Assembly (NCBI GenBank): GCA_000934665.2
Contig: KZ538347.1
Span: 1 to 64,000 of the forward strand
Direction: 5' to 3'
From: Catajapyx aquilonaris
Lineage: Eukaryota
DNA: 64,000 nt
Under the pieces are notes generated by a model, which was not told the origin of the DNA, searched no databases, and saw only the letters and a list, made by a program, of their open reading frames with translations. A program made the translations under genes and the position numbers. This document shows, one piece after another, positions 38,701 to 53,700 of the stretch (position 1 is the first letter of the stretch; every line of letters begins with the position of its first letter).

Positions 38701-41700
38701 GGACCAAGGTGTGAGACTTCGTCGTCGGCCACTTGGCACATTTGGCCGCTCGAGCGACGACTCTGACAACCTAGTCCTCTCGAATACTATTTCCAGTCGA
38801 CAAAATTGAACCTTGGAACCGGGGGGGTCCACTTTATACACGGAGATGCATTCAAATCCCTTCCGATCCGAAAGTGCACCGATACTGGGTACCTTATCCC
38901 GTATAAAAGACAGTGTCTGGAACAACTGCATTAAATAATTCAAAAAAGGAAGTAAATATTAACGATTACTATATGCACAATGTTTACAGATAGTTTCCCC
39001 ATCAATAATGTGTGCTTTGGGAATAAAGTTTCAGGCTCATCTTCTATAATTCAAGGGAGAAATTTTTTGGAGTAACTGTCTCCATCGGTGTTGGTAAAAT
39101 GCATAAGAAATTGATAAAACCCGCAAGTCAACCTCTGAATTCACACGGTTCTATATAACGCTGTCAGAATGAACTTGATTGCGCGAGAGAGAGAGAAAAA
39201 AAAGGGCGTAGTAGTTTCCGCTAGTACTCGCGCAGAAATTAAAACTAAAAGTAATTGTCTGCGAAATAATGCCTCACATTTCCATTACAATTCTCTCCGT
39301 CCCTCTCTCGAACTTACACATTCAAGCGTCGCATAAAAGCACTTTATGAGCAGTGGCCATACAAACAAAATGAAAAGCGAAAATAACCTGTCCCGCCCCC
39401 TTCTATACTTTTTTTTTTTAATACCCCGGGAAGTCTCCATTTCCCTTTAGCGCGTGGCCTCCGGGACTTTAGCCAGCCAGATCCAGCAACAATGTCGCCA
39501 ATTATTAACAATGCACCGAGTAAACACAACTGAAAACAAAAGGCAGGGGAGTAGAGGCAAAGGTCTCAAAGCGACTCTTGTCATCCTTTCCGTCTGAAAA
39601 TATGGTAATCAGTGTCCCTCACAAGCTCTCATGGGGGAAAGTTGAAGGGAACACACTCGTAAAAAAACAAAAAACAGAGTTAATTCGTTTTACACGTGCA
39701 GGCAAACCGCAAAAATTATTTAAGTCTCAACTTTTCGGGTCGATGTGACACGTGCTTCGTGAATGCATAATTTCGCTGTATTGTACGCCCAAACCAATAC
39801 TTCTATAGGATGTGAAGAACCCTACAAGTTTCTCCCCGAAGTAGTAATTGAGAACCGGATTAAAATTATCCGATAACCTGAAGTGGTTATGCAACTAATG
39901 AAACAGCTACGTAGAAGTTTGCAACTTTGGAGATCAACCTATATAGAGCCTATTTATATATATATTTAAAAAAACTGCTGTCAGGATTGGAACGGTTCAA
40001 TTTTTGCGACGTGACGTCAGGGACCCGCTTTGAGCCCGGATTTAAGACAGGGGCTTGGCTGCGTAACCGATTTTTTTCCCCCCACTGTGCAAACCTCCGG
40101 TTGAACCACGGCCCGATCCATCCGAAACCCAACCAATTAACTCTCCATTTCCTGGACCCCTTTAGAAAAATGTAGCCTCGAGGAAGGAAGAGACCCGCTG
40201 GATAGATATAGATAGATAGACAGAGAAAAAAAATACATGGGAGGGGAGGACATGTTGGCATACTCCAAAAACTGCCGTCGGCCAAAACCATTTAAATCAA
40301 GTCAATTGCAGATACACCCCGCAGTATTTGCCGGAAATGGAAAAAAAACGGGGGGATGGGAGAGGGGGGTGGGCCCCGGAAGCCAACATCAGTCTATTTT
40401 CAATTAACATGAATTTTTATCCCAAATCATCGATTCATGCCAAAAACTAGCGGTTTGGATCAATCTAGAAACTGGAAAAAAAACGTGACATTTTTTTTCC
40501 CTCGCTTCGGGGGGGAAAAAAGCAACAGAAAATCTGATGGGGGGGGGGGCGCAATTCTTGCACATTGCGAGGCAAATATTGACTCTCTCTGCGAATACTA
40601 AATACCGGGTGGCCGACTCAATTTCCGGGCTTTTCTAACGAGACGGTGGGTGGCAAGTAGAGAGTTTGCTGTCACTCGTGATTATATACCGGGGACAGCA
40701 GGGGGACGGGGGGGAAAAGCGGCACCTAACATCCCCAACAAACACTGACGTCATATAGGAAGGGGGGGAGACTCCCCATAGGGACCGGGGGGGATGTGTT
40801 TGGGGAGAGGCGGGGAAGCGATACACATTCCATATCAATATGGAAATGGCGCGTGTAATGTGAATCCAGCGAGCGAGGAAGGAATGCCGGACTGTTGCAT
40901 TCCCATCAGATCTTCTCCCTGGTGGAATCCGGTGAATTATTTCCCAAAGTATTGCAGGCATTGTGTGCGCCCCTCGGATCAAATGAAGAAATAGTTTCCG
41001 GCTATGCCAATCTGGGGGGAGGCTTTCAAATATTAAAATAAAATGCGTGGATGGCACCCCCTAGATGACATTGTTGGGCCCCGGAGTTTGCGCAAGTACG
41101 TGAAATGGCATGAGCGCGTTGTGACAAATGATTAGAACTGTACGACAGTATGACATGGCGTTTCTCACGGGGAATATTGTGGCTATGCAAGAATGAAATG
41201 CACTTCATTTATGCATGTAGTTGGAGAACCCTGCACTTATTAACGGACCAAGATGCGAATTCTTACAAGCGTACAGTGCTCGTCTATATATAAATGGAAA
41301 GGTCGCATTTTCCGCTCCGTCTCTCCAGATAACATCCAATCCACGTGTACCGATTGCGACAGGTTGTCAACCGGTTAAATTTGCTTATCCATCTGGATTT
41401 TCGCAGATTCCTTCCTCCCAATTTTCACCTCCGAAAGTGTGCAGATTCCCGGAGCGATACCCCCGTATAGATTAATTTTTAACGCCTGTTACACCGCATC
41501 GTTCGCACATGCAAGTGAGCCATAAACGTCACTTTTATATATATAAAAAAAGTTGCCAAAAACTGTACAGGAGGGCCATTGTTGCTGGCAGCGATGGAGA
41601 ACCTCGGCAACAAAATTTCCCTAGCCCCAGCGCCTCCTAATCAATTTTCTAGGCACGTGAGCTCGCGTCAACATCATTTAGTCTCCCCAAAAGTGCGGAG

Positions 41701-44700
41701 CTTCATAGTCCAAAAAAGACAGTCCAAAGAACACAAAAGAAGCGGGCGCTTCCTCCTCTTTTTTTTTTTACCCGCCTTCCTTTTCTTTTCTTTACCCTCG
41801 AAATGAGACCAGAGTCCTCCCTTCTTCTCTTTTTTTTTTGAGGCGGAGGTGGTTTCATTCAATCATCGGCGAGTCATCCATCACTCGAGTGACAACAACC
41901 CCGACATAATTGGACGTTCCTGCGCCTCGGTGGTCCTTTTTCATTATACACACCTCGCTCCGTTCCTGCAAACTGCCGCAAATTACCTCCGCCATAACTG
42001 ACACCCCCTCAGACCTCCCTCCGGAAAAAAAAAATCCGGACCACCTATTTTTTCCGCAGTTCCGACTCTGTCCAAATCGGGGACAAGCGACATCCGAACA
42101 CGGGGGCGTTTTATGCTCTAGCTCAAAAAAAAAAAAAAAAACCGGGCAACAGGTCATTCCAAAATGTGCGGATTGTTTCGCCCGGATGTGACCTGGCGAA
42201 ATGACCTCTCGATCCGTCTTCCGGGGGGCCGCCTTTGTGGTGTCCATATCAAGCTGTCAACATCCTCGAGTAATCCGTCCTCCGGAATAAGATGATAACA
42301 CCCTTATATGCTAAGAGGCTGCGGTCGTGGGCTTGGCGCTCCGGCTTTTAATCTCCCCCCTTTCCATCCTTCCTATCCGGGACACAGGTGAAATCCGGAG
42401 CCTGCCACTCTCTTCCTTGAAAAGAGGAGTCCGTGGAGACGAGCTGGTTGCCTTGATCTGCAGGATTTAATTTGCGGAGGCCCCGGATAAACCCTTCCCC
42501 CCCTTCCTTTCTAAAGAGATCCTTTGGGCTCGCTCCATCTTGTCCCAGATTCTCCAAAACCCAAATGCGACCTTACATTTCTCACCTTTAGTCACACCCG
42601 TCTCCAGCCAGATAAGCTCCCTTCAGTCATGCCATAGCGACATTGGATTGCTTCATGACGTCAAAATGAAATCTCTGCCCATATTATAGTCCAACAATGC
42701 TTTTGAGTTGGGCCAAGTGCATCCTATTGCATATATAGGTTCTTTTTTTTCCGGGTTGTGATGAAGCGGGCGTTTTCGCCCCGGGGTCCTAATTACAGCC
42801 GACGGGCGTATCAGAAACTTTTTAATTTGCAGACGAAATCCTCTCGATTCCTCCTGAATCATTCTTCCCCGCGGATCCATTTTTCATCTGGGTGCTCTCT
42901 CGGGGCTTACGGCCGCGGCTTTTCTTCCCTGCCTCCCCTTTGCTATTGACTCCGGAGAGCAAATTCTGCAGCGTCCTGTTCATCATTTCCAGTGGAACTA
43001 GATCAAAACTTCTGCTGCCCCTTTTTATATATACCTACCAACCACATTAAACCGCGCGCTTTTTTTTTTTTTTTTTTTTTGGTGGGCCAACAAGCAGTAC
43101 AGCTGATTGGGAAAAAAAAGAAGTTTTGACTGAAAAGGGAGCCAATCTCGTGCTTTTGCAGCAGAAGGTTTCTTGTGGCAAAAGCGGCGCAATGAGCCGG
43201 AAAGCAGTGGTGGAAAGGGCGCACTTTGCATTTCGCATGGTAAACTGTTGTTCGATGCATTATTTATTGGGGTTGCGGAGAAGCGGGATCCTAAGCCAAA
43301 CCTGGCAGATTCCCAGGCTAAAGTGTCTCGCAGGTGAGGTCACATCGGCTTACAGATCGCAGGCACCACTTAGCCTCGATGTACTGTGCCTGACAAAAAC
43401 GAGTGGACACCAAATATACTTATTCAGAGCCAACAATACATATTATTGGACTGCAGTTTTGCAGTGTATAGGTCTCCAATAGTCGTGGCCGCAGGTTTTT
43501 TTTTTTTTCCTGCGGTTGCAGCACCTTCCGTCAGAACCCACATCGATCCCAACGTCAGAGGGACAAAGAGAGAAATTAACCAGTAATGCAATTAACGCAG
43601 AGTACATTATTGGGCAACTGCGGCCAATTTAAAAATTAAAACACAGTGCGCAGTGTTTTCCATTTAGTATATAGGGTGGCATAATTATCACAGAGTGGGT
43701 TCGAACCTGGGACCCACAACCCCCGAAAATCCTTATTCCCTGCGAAATTCCTTTTCCCAATTCACGCCAGAATAATACGCCTCCAAAAGAGGAACAAAGG
43801 GAAAAGCAGGCTCTTTACTGGTCACGTCTTGGGGCCGGCTTAAAATGAACTCAATAAAGAACTGCAGAGGAGGGAGGGGGGTGGCATAAAAAAGTTGAGG
43901 AGGGGGGGGGGTAAGAAAAGGAATCCCTTCCTTTTTGCCAACTTGGCATGTGAATGCCAGCGATTAAATGGGAAGTGGCATTTCCAACTCAAAGGAAAAG
44001 GAGCCGCTGACACATTAGGAGCCGAGGGTATATAGGAAAAAAAAGAAGGATCTCCCCCCGCCATGTCCCTCCGCCTCCTATTGTCAACCGCGGCCCAATT
44101 AAATTTGAATAACAATGCAATCATCTACCTGGTCGTCAATCTTACTGCAGCTGACTCTTATCGCGCCCGCATTTTCGGTTCGTCACCCTCCAAAAATAAA
44201 ACATAAGCTTCTCCGGAATAAAACCTTAGTGACACCGCCTTGACACCAAGTGTCCACACAGGCAGACGTGCAGCTCAAGCCTCCATTTCTCCGCCAGTTG
44301 GTATATAGGACTCGGGCTCCGTTTCTCTAGTAATCCCACTTGAAATATGCACAACCGGTGCCATTTGGTCTCCCGCGCTCCCAGGTCAACAAAGGTGGTC
44401 ACAAAACTTCTGCAGTCGCCCTCGTTCAGCCGGCTAAGACGAGCCGCCCGAGATACATTATGTAAGAGACCCCATCCGGTGATGCCAACTCCGCCAGGAC
44501 ATTTACTTGCTCAGACCGATATGTCCCCAACAGAGGAGGATGTCGGACGTGAAACAAGTGGAAGCACCTCGGGAGAATTGAGAAACTACAGCCGTGCTGC
44601 TTTCCTTAAACTTCTTTTATATACGTAATTCAAGGCCTGAATTCTATTTTCTTATTAAGAAAAGTCGCCATTTAGGCACATTTAAAAAATAATTGTACGT

Positions 44701-47700
44701 TTGAAACATTGACGTAAAGTGCAACATTGTAAACAGGTAGGCCAACATTATTTGAATGAAGCTACTCCCGGCAGACTCGCGGGAGGAGCTATAAAATATT
44801 GCAGCAAATATCCTGCGGGAATAATATTCGCCGCCTTTCTTCTATATTTAATGCATCGCAGGATTTTGAACGTCAGGATTTCATGCGAGTAATTTCCTCC
44901 CGTAATCCTTCCTTTCTGAGGTAATCGCCGGCTCAGGCCAGTAACAGCGGCTAAAGGCATAAAGAAGGTCGCTAAAAATTAAACTTCACTTAGAGTTTAC
45001 ACGGCTCCAGCCAGAAACGGCAGCCCAAGATTATTTTCCAGAAAGTCAGCGGGATTATCCGGATCCCCCCGTCGTTAAGTGAGCTAAGTGTGGGACTTTA
45101 ATATGCTCTCCGGCAGAGAAACACGATAATTAATACAGCTGGAGTCCGACCACAACATCGATTTCCCCACCCACCTCTTTTCCGGAGCAATAATTTATTG
45201 TTCTTAAGCAAGTCCCGGAGTCGTAAAAGGAGCAGGAATTCGGCTCGTTTAGGGAAGAGTATATAGGGATGGTGGGGGAAAGGGGGGGGGGGGTTCCTCG
45301 GAATCTCTCTCAAACTCCGGGGGGCTGCTGGACCTGATCTTTTGGCTGCCTTTATCTGCGCCACTAACTCGTCCGGGGGAAACCGGAAACTTTACGGGCA
45401 GATTAGGAAATATGAAGGCACCCGGAATTAGTGTGTGCACAGCTTCCAATGAAACGTCTTGCGAAGGGTTTTGTTCGAGAGGCCCCCGAGATGAAAAGGC
45501 TGCTCAATATGATGGCGGCAAACTTAGTTGACTACTTCATCTCGCCGCCGCTATGGCAGAAAAGCGGATTTAAGTACTGCCGCTGCTGCCTCCGACAAGA
45601 AGTAATATGAAAGCAGATCCTAATAGAATTCTCTCAGGGATCCCCCAAGCTTCACTGTTGCGTCTGGCCGACTTTCGTCTTTTGAGCAGCACTTTCCGCC
45701 ACCTTCCTAAAAACACCGGAGGATGAAATTAATTTCTCAACCTGAGCTCACCAAGGGCATTACTCAAGCGCGCCTCACCAGGTGGCAGTCGAAACTTGAC
45801 ACAACCAAAAGGGCAAAAAGCAAGCACAGCAGGGTGGAGCCACAGAGACGTCCTCGTAACTAAATTATTGCCGTCACACATCTGGACAGGTACGCGTGTG
45901 TAATTCAATATTTGCGACTGCCTGCCTTTTTCATGCCGCGTTTTGGGTCATGCTGCTCTCTCAACTTTTTCATTCTTACTTTTTTTAAATGCTTGTATTC
46001 ATTAGTATTCCCACAGTGAGCAGTTGGTACACGAGCCTGCCTGGAAACATTTCTTGCAATAGTTACTGTGGAGTCGTTTCTATCGGGCACGTGCATTGCG
46101 ACTCTGTCACCATGTAGCAGTATCCAGCGAGAGTCAGTAACCCGACAAGCGCCAGGCCCTGAAATCCTCATTTGGGCTGGCAGCCATATGTTTGTATCGG
46201 CCGCATAACGAAGCTCTAATGGAGCAAAGAGCTGCCCACTCCGACTCTTTTGTATTCCTCTGCTGGGGCTTGCCGGTACAATCGGCGGCCATTGTGCCTT
46301 CCTCTATGGGAATAGGCCACCTCTGGGGTATTGATCTGCACCGGCTCTATTACTCCCCTCCGCACTCTCATTTGTACCTCCCCAACTTCATATATGTATT
46401 ATTATATAATATTCCTCGCTTCTTTTTTTCTTTCCAAGGCCTATCAGCCACATCGTCTATTCCTCAATTTACAACCTTAATGCCTATTTATCCGGTGCTC
46501 CGTTTCCTGATAAGCGAATTCAAACGCGTCGCCCGTTATTTTAGCAGAAAAAGTCGCCACACAAGGCTGCGAAAGGGAGAAAAAAAAATCCATCCATTTT
46601 CGCCTCGGGGAACAAAAATCACGAAGTCTCCATTTGAGGGGGGGTGTGGAGTGATATGATTTGGCGAAGGAAATCCAAGCGGCATTTTCTCTCCTTTCTT
46701 CTTCTCTGCTCCATCCCCCCTCCTCCCCGGTTTCAGACTCTCCCCCAACTCCCACCTCAAAAGCGTAACCGTCTTCGTTACCATTCCGGGCGTGTGTGCA
46801 AACTTTGTCGGCAAATGTCCGTCAGGTCATGGGGCGTGAAAGCAGGGCGTGCCTTTTTTTTATATCCATCGGAGAGAGAAAAGTCCTGATAATGGCAGCC
46901 AGGGTTATATGTACATGATGGACTAGCTGTTGGATCTGGAAATCGAGTCTGTTTCCGTCCTTCGAAAAAACCGATTAACACTGGGGTTGAGGCAGAAAAC
47001 CGAGTGATTTTAATTACTACTGGCAGGTAATGAAAAAAACTATTTCTGGAACGACCGCGACAACTCGGTTTATGACATTTTTTCGCGGAAAAATATATAC
47101 ACTGTGTCCTTAATTAGCTTTTAGCATATATAATCCCTGCGGATGGGGCGGCCTTTAATCCGGGTTTTTGTAAATATCAATATTCGGATCAATTCTGCAT
47201 TTTGGGTTGGCACTCCTGAACCCATCAACCCACAAGGCTTCAACATCTGAAGGTGATCAATTTTCTGAACCAATTCAGCATCCACTTTTAGAATATTAAT
47301 CAGCTACAAATATTAATTAACAGGTGACTGCCTCAGTATCACAACGTTTCTTATGGGAAGCAATCAATATGATCTACACTATAGCAGGAATTGTGCAACA
47401 TTTTCGTATTAAATATTCTCGAGAAATCAGTCGTTTCGCTACATGCAATTTTTTGAGGGGCAAAAATATAACTAGAGCTAGAGCACACATCGCTCATATG
47501 TGGAAAAAAGGTTTCTTACTGTAGCCTGCTTGTATCGGAAACGGTTTGTACAGCTATCCCCTTATGACGTTTTTCTGGTTTTTAACTGTAAACTCTCCTG
47601 CATAATTCCTGGCTGTTTGCAAAACGTGCCGGACATACCGCCCGAGGGAGAAGTGAAGCAGCAAAACAGCATGGAGGTAGTGGCGTATAGGGGGGGGGAA

Positions 47701-50700
47701 AGGATTTTTTTTTTTTCTGTTTGAAAAGTTAAGGGAATTTGGCGGGAGAGGGGGGGGGGGCTTGCAAAGTCGAGTCCTATTGAAAACAAAAGCGGAAGCC
47801 TTTTGGCTGGCATAGCAGATGCGATCTGGTTCCGGAGAAAGGTTCCTGAATAATTCGTGCGGAGGAGTCTGCATGGACGTGTGCGCCTGCTCGGCGGATA
47901 GGCCCAAACTGCAACTTTTGGCCCAAGTGCTGCTGCCTCCCTGCCACAGATAGGCTCAATTATTCACCAACCAAGAGGGCGGCGCCGCCCGACATTGCAA
48001 CTCAACTTGGCACGACCTCATTTCCGCCTCTGTTTCACTCCGCAAGACAGAATTCCTCCAGATAACTTCAACCCAGCCTCTTTTTCCTCTCTCTCGCCTT
48101 CCACACCTCAACTTTACTTCTTTTCCTCCCCCTTTTTTCTCCTGTTGGGGACGATTGCGAAAAGGGGGACAAACCCACCCAACAAGTGAAACCATGTTGT
48201 CAAAAAAAAAGTTCAACAAAAATCGCTACTTTCCCCATATGCAAACAAGCGGTCACTGAAGCGCGGTATTCCAAACAGGCCTATGGGCGTTTAGGGGTCA
48301 GCGTATTCGCAATGTGAAGACACATGAATATTTACAAACTCTGCCCAGCGAAGGGGGCGGTCGCAGGAAATATTTTTACTGCATGTAATATGCCGCAACA
48401 ACGTCCTGGAGGGATTGAAAAGTACATGTTTGTGCAGAGGGGTACCCTTGGCAAAATGAGTGGTCGATAAAAGAGCAGCTAATGCAACTGTTTAGAAACA
48501 TTCTTGAGTTAATTTTATATCCATCACTGCACAGTACCTTCGACTGGTGTACTTGTATCAAAATGGTAAAATTTCCATCACACTGTCGTAGAAACACACT
48601 GTTATTGGACGCTTGGCTGTGTTTGCTCCAGAGCGAGATGCTTCAGACTTTTGGTAAGGTAGATCCAGTAATTATCGAAAAACTGAATTGCGCCACTGGA
48701 TACACACCCTCCGACCTTAAGCTCTATGCAGTTGAAACCAAACCCACAGCAGTGCGCAAAAAAAAAAAAACCTATGTCCCAGGGGAAGTAGTGACCAGTG
48801 ATGTCCCTGGGGCGACGCAATGCGGTATGGGACGCCCCACAAGGGCCGTGGCCTGCGGGGGCCAACAAGCCCACAGGCCAACCCCGGGGCCTGTCCAGGA
48901 TCGGAGGGAGGTTGAAATTCATGTCCTCGTAAGCCCAAACTCGACACAGACCAACAACCCCCCCTTCCAAACCCACCCCCCTACACCTCGCTTGCAAAAT
49001 CAAATTACAGTCGCGTACTATCTGACAGCAACATCGACTCGCTGCAACCATAGTAAATATTTACTTCCGGAGCCATCTGCCGATACGGACCTCATATTAA
49101 TTAATCTGCCGAGACGTTTCCACATGCACGCCGCTTTTCACTATTTTTTTTTTTAGTTGGCGAATATTCGAGCAGATGACACCGTATGTCCATGCAGAAA
49201 AGGGCACATATTTTTCGCAATTTTTCATTAGCTCCTCTAATGCCCCAGTCTTAGAATCCGGAGTGATGGTCGCTCAACAGCCAAGAGTGAAACGCGTGCG
49301 AACCACTCTTATAATTAGTTCCCATAATTAGCGCCACTAGCTGCCACTCCCGAAACTGCGCCATTTGCACGGTCCTAACCCCCCCCCCCCCTTTCCACTC
49401 TTTTTACACATCGCATCGCTGGCGATACACTTTCCCGTGGAAGAGCAGTCTGAAAAATCACCAGTCGATTCTCCCCCAATTGCGGGCGGCGGTCAAATGA
49501 AGCACCGCTGCCCCTAAGAACCATTGTTCTTTTTTTTGCACCATCCGAAACCCCGACTCCAATTAAATTGATTTATCACGATGCTCTCCGCCTAATCACG
49601 CTCGCCTGGTTATATATTTTTTTGTTAACTAGCACATGTCTGTTCCCTCCGGCCGCATAATGAGGCAACGACTTGCGAATTTATTAGCGTGCCAATTTGC
49701 TGTCCAATAACTATATGTACGCCTCATAAGTGTATCTAGGCGAGGCGACGTTTCGACCCAACAAGGAACGGAGCATGCTGAGGCAGGGCTGGAGCCATTT
49801 CCATACTCATTTGTGTCCTAATAGGCCCAGCGCGTCCCTGACCTCCCCTGGTTCTTCCTAATTGATTCGCCAACTTCTCTCGGATTGTTCGATACCCCTT
49901 CTAGAGAGCTGCGATTTTATGTGCAGTTTTTTTCCCGCCAAACTCGTGCAAAAAAAAATAAAGACGAGCGAGAGAGAGAGAGAGAGAGAGAGAAAAAAAC
50001 ATCTATCCTTCGGAGAGATAACCCGTCTCTTTGAGTACAAGACCACTTTATTATCCGAGAGCGGTTTATCGCCGATTACTCCCTGCGATGATGACGTTCT
50101 AAAACAATAACGAGTGGAAGAGTTCCATTGTTTTACGGCCCGAAACATGAGCTTATATCGCCAGACATTGTGTAAAGACAGGTTATCCTGGGGATAAATC
50201 GCTCCCACTTCTTTTATGGTCTCCAGTTCTCTCTTCTCTTGGTATATGGCAATCTAGTCCGGCTCTGACAAAATATGGCGGCTGGCACCTTGGCGTGTAT
50301 GCGAATATAATTCGCAACTCTTTTGTAATCGCGGAGAAAAGGCGGGCATGGTTGGCGTCCCCAAGGTCCCATCCATAGCCAAGCAGAAAGGCAGGCGGAA
50401 TGGGCTGGCGAAAGGCCTGGCTCTTCTCCTGCACCTTAAGAGCGCCAGGAGGGAAAAGAGGAGAAGAGGCGGAGGAGGAGGAGGAGGCAAGAAGAGGCCC
50501 GATTCCATTAGCATGTCATTTGTCCCCGTGATGATGTCAGGAGGGTGGTGGTGGGGGGGTGCAGAAGAGGGCCCCCGAGGTGCCCCCGGCGCTCCTAGAA
50601 ATGGCGACGCTTTAATCATCACCCGCTGGGGGTTCCCTTCGCAAACGACTAATCCTGCTGCTGACGTTGGCTCACAACAAACTTGGATGCCAAAGGTAAC

Positions 50701-53700
50701 ATCACACGCCAGCAGACAACATTTTAAAAGCCTATCGCACCATCCGTTACAAATGGACCTAAGAGGCTGAACCAATAAGGAATGTGTCGGCAGCACTGAA
50801 TAAGGTGGGACCCAGTCCGGCTGAGCAGGTGCATGTGACACACCTTAGAATGGGGTCGATGTGACCCTTGCAACGTTAGTCATCCTAGTTGATCATCCCG
50901 GGCTTGGGAAATGAGCATCACTGGCGTTTTCGCAAGCCAAATTTACACCAGGCACTTTCCTGCTGCTGGAGCGATTCAGTTTAATCTCCCGCGAAATTGA
51001 GTGACGGCTTGCTTTCCTCCTTTTGCAGCCGTCTCAATTAAGCGCCAGTAATGGATTGAATATTAGGCCTAAGAATAAACGCCGCTCCATATATATACAC
51101 ACTAGGATGCTTCATCCCTGGGATTAAGCCATGGGGGGGATGGCAGCAGGGCCAAGAGGGAGAGAGAGAGAGGAATTGTTGTGGAAGTGGCCGAAATTCC
51201 GATAGCACTTTAAAGGATGGGGAGAGGGGGGTAAAGAGACAAGAGGAGGGATTCGTCGTCGTTTCTTAAGCGTCACGTTTCCTCCGACGCCAATTCCCCC
51301 GCCTCACCAAATCCACCATCTGCCGAGCTAATTTCTTCTGACAGCCCGGAATGTCTTCACTGCAGCTTTTGCATGCAAATTTGTACATTACGCAGGCATT
51401 AACACGTCCGCCCTGCTATCCAGACTCGCTCTAAGTGATTTTGTGGCAACCCCAACCCACTGCTCGCGACGACACTCACTAATCTTACTCCAAAAATTAA
51501 GGACAGCCGGTCTATATATACAGGAACAGAAAGACTCATACCTCATACAAGGTGTCTCAAACAGCACTTTCATATATGCACTGTGCAGTTATTTCCAGGG
51601 CTATTCCAGGAAGGAATTTATTAACAACTCTCAAAGGTGTGGAAGTGTGTTAAGTAGCCCGGACAAACATACATAGATACATACTAACAAACTTTGTTGT
51701 TTGTAAGTGTGTAAGCTTATTCCCAATTTTTCAGTCCAGTTCAGAAGGAATAGCTTGGCTTGTAGGTATAGCACTTATGAAAGTTGCATATCTACAGAGG
51801 ATAAAGTCAGCCTTGGTGTTTGGGGGCGGACGACGTGAAAGAAAAACACGGTGGCTCCAAGGACATAGGGACTATCTCCCATGACATTGGGAAGTGGTCC
51901 AACAGCCCAAAAATTTTTGGCACGTGAAAGCGTCAAGCCTTTCCATCAATGGCCAAATGGACTCCCTAAAGTCCATTACGTCTGCCGAGAGGGGGAGGGG
52001 AGGTGTGTGTGGAGGGGGGGGGGGGGTGACACGCCAACGGTTCCAGCCGAAAAGTCAGCCACTCTCTCTCCCCCTATCCCCCAAGCCTCACATTTCCATG
52101 CTCCAATATCTACAGACAAAAGCTTCCCTCCTGGTCTTCAATATCAGCCTCGTCCTAGCGTGGCCACACATCCCTATGCCAATTTCCACTGGGACGGATC
52201 CTCTCTTCTTTTTTTTGTCACCCTGACTCCTCCCCATCCTCCCCCCTTCTTTATTGCAACTCAAATACTACCCGAAAATGGGAAGTGGGGGAGAGAGACA
52301 CCCCCCCTCCATGCATTAACTTCTGCAAGAATGCACACACCCGTTCCGCTTATTGCTTGGAATATTTCCGGTGAGCTCCGTCTCTCTCTATATTTTTTTC
52401 CACGTCTTTTTTTTTTTTTCCGTGGCAGCTACCCTGTAGCGACTATAGGTGGAATGAGGATGAAAAAGCCTGTCCGCAGAAATTTAAATACGAAGATAAA
52501 AGTTGAGGCTTTGGACCAAGCACTGGGGCTGGTGCGGGGCACACTCTCTCGAAACGTTATTACTCCGCTTCGACTGCCCCGGGCAACCTACAGGTTAGAT
52601 CAGCAATGTACAGTACATGCTAATGCCCTCCTCCGTACCAATGCGGTACCGGTTAATTACTCGTGTCAGTTCAGAGAAGGGGGGAAGGGGGAGGCAAATT
52701 ATTTCCTATACAGATTCCAATAAATTCCTGTAGGCCTCAATTTTCCTCTAAAATTTTCCACGTTCATGAAGGCAATAATTTTTCGCTTCCAACAGCTGAC
52801 CCGAATTCGCTTGGTATTTTGCCATGGATTTTTTTTTCCGACGTGTCTGTGCAGCACCTGGGCATCCGGAGTCATGCCCTAAATTGCAGTACTATCGGCC
52901 GAATATTACTGCAGACAAGTGCTTTATCCTATTATGACGCTACATTACGTTGACAGCATTGCTGCGTCGGTGTGCAAAATTGCCAATGCGACGTATACAC
53001 GGGCGCTAGCGCAGTTGTCCGCAATATGTGCCCTGCATGCAATGTTCACTGTACAAACGCTAAGAAGGTTTCACATGCCCGCAAAAGTGCATTATTGCAA
53101 CGTCGCAAAAAAAAGAGGCCAGGAATTGATGTTATTGATGCAGACACTGCAAAGGGTTCCCAATGCAAAAATCGACCTTCGGGCCAGGAAAGGGGCTTGG
53201 ATGAAGAAGAAAAAAATAACGCAATTCCGGGGCTAGTCTCAGGGGAGTCCTTTGGTTTCATTCGAGTCCATAGTGAGCTGAGATGTATTCCAAGACTTTT
53301 CTATATATGAAGGGCTTCTCTGTTAATGAAGGTCTTCTTACCTGGTTCTTGCCCTTGAGGACGAGGACATTGGTGACCCTGCCGAAGGGGATGCCCAGGT
53401 GGATGATCTCCGCCTCCGTCACATCGTTGGGGATGTTCCGGATGTGGATCACCTTCGACGGCTTGCTTCCGTTCGTGTTTTTAGGTTCCAGCTTCACCTG
53501 TAAACATTGGCTGAAGTTAGTACACATCATGGTGGGCTTACACTGCAAAAAAACAAACATCGAATCACGCGTCCTGCACGTTGTTCACTTTTTACTGTCA
53601 GGAATGTCATCAGACGTCGGGCCAGGAATGCCTACCTGAATTTACTGAAGCCAATATTTTTTCCACGTCAGACATCAGAAGTGACGGACTGTCTCCAACC

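Noticed and set aside
48482..49156. 224-aa + strand ORF
   Set aside because: No recognisable motifs; intronic and antisense.
51881..52723. 280-aa + strand ORF, the longest in the track
   Set aside because: Antisense within a PTB intron, low-complexity composition driven by homopolymer runs, no recognisable domain.
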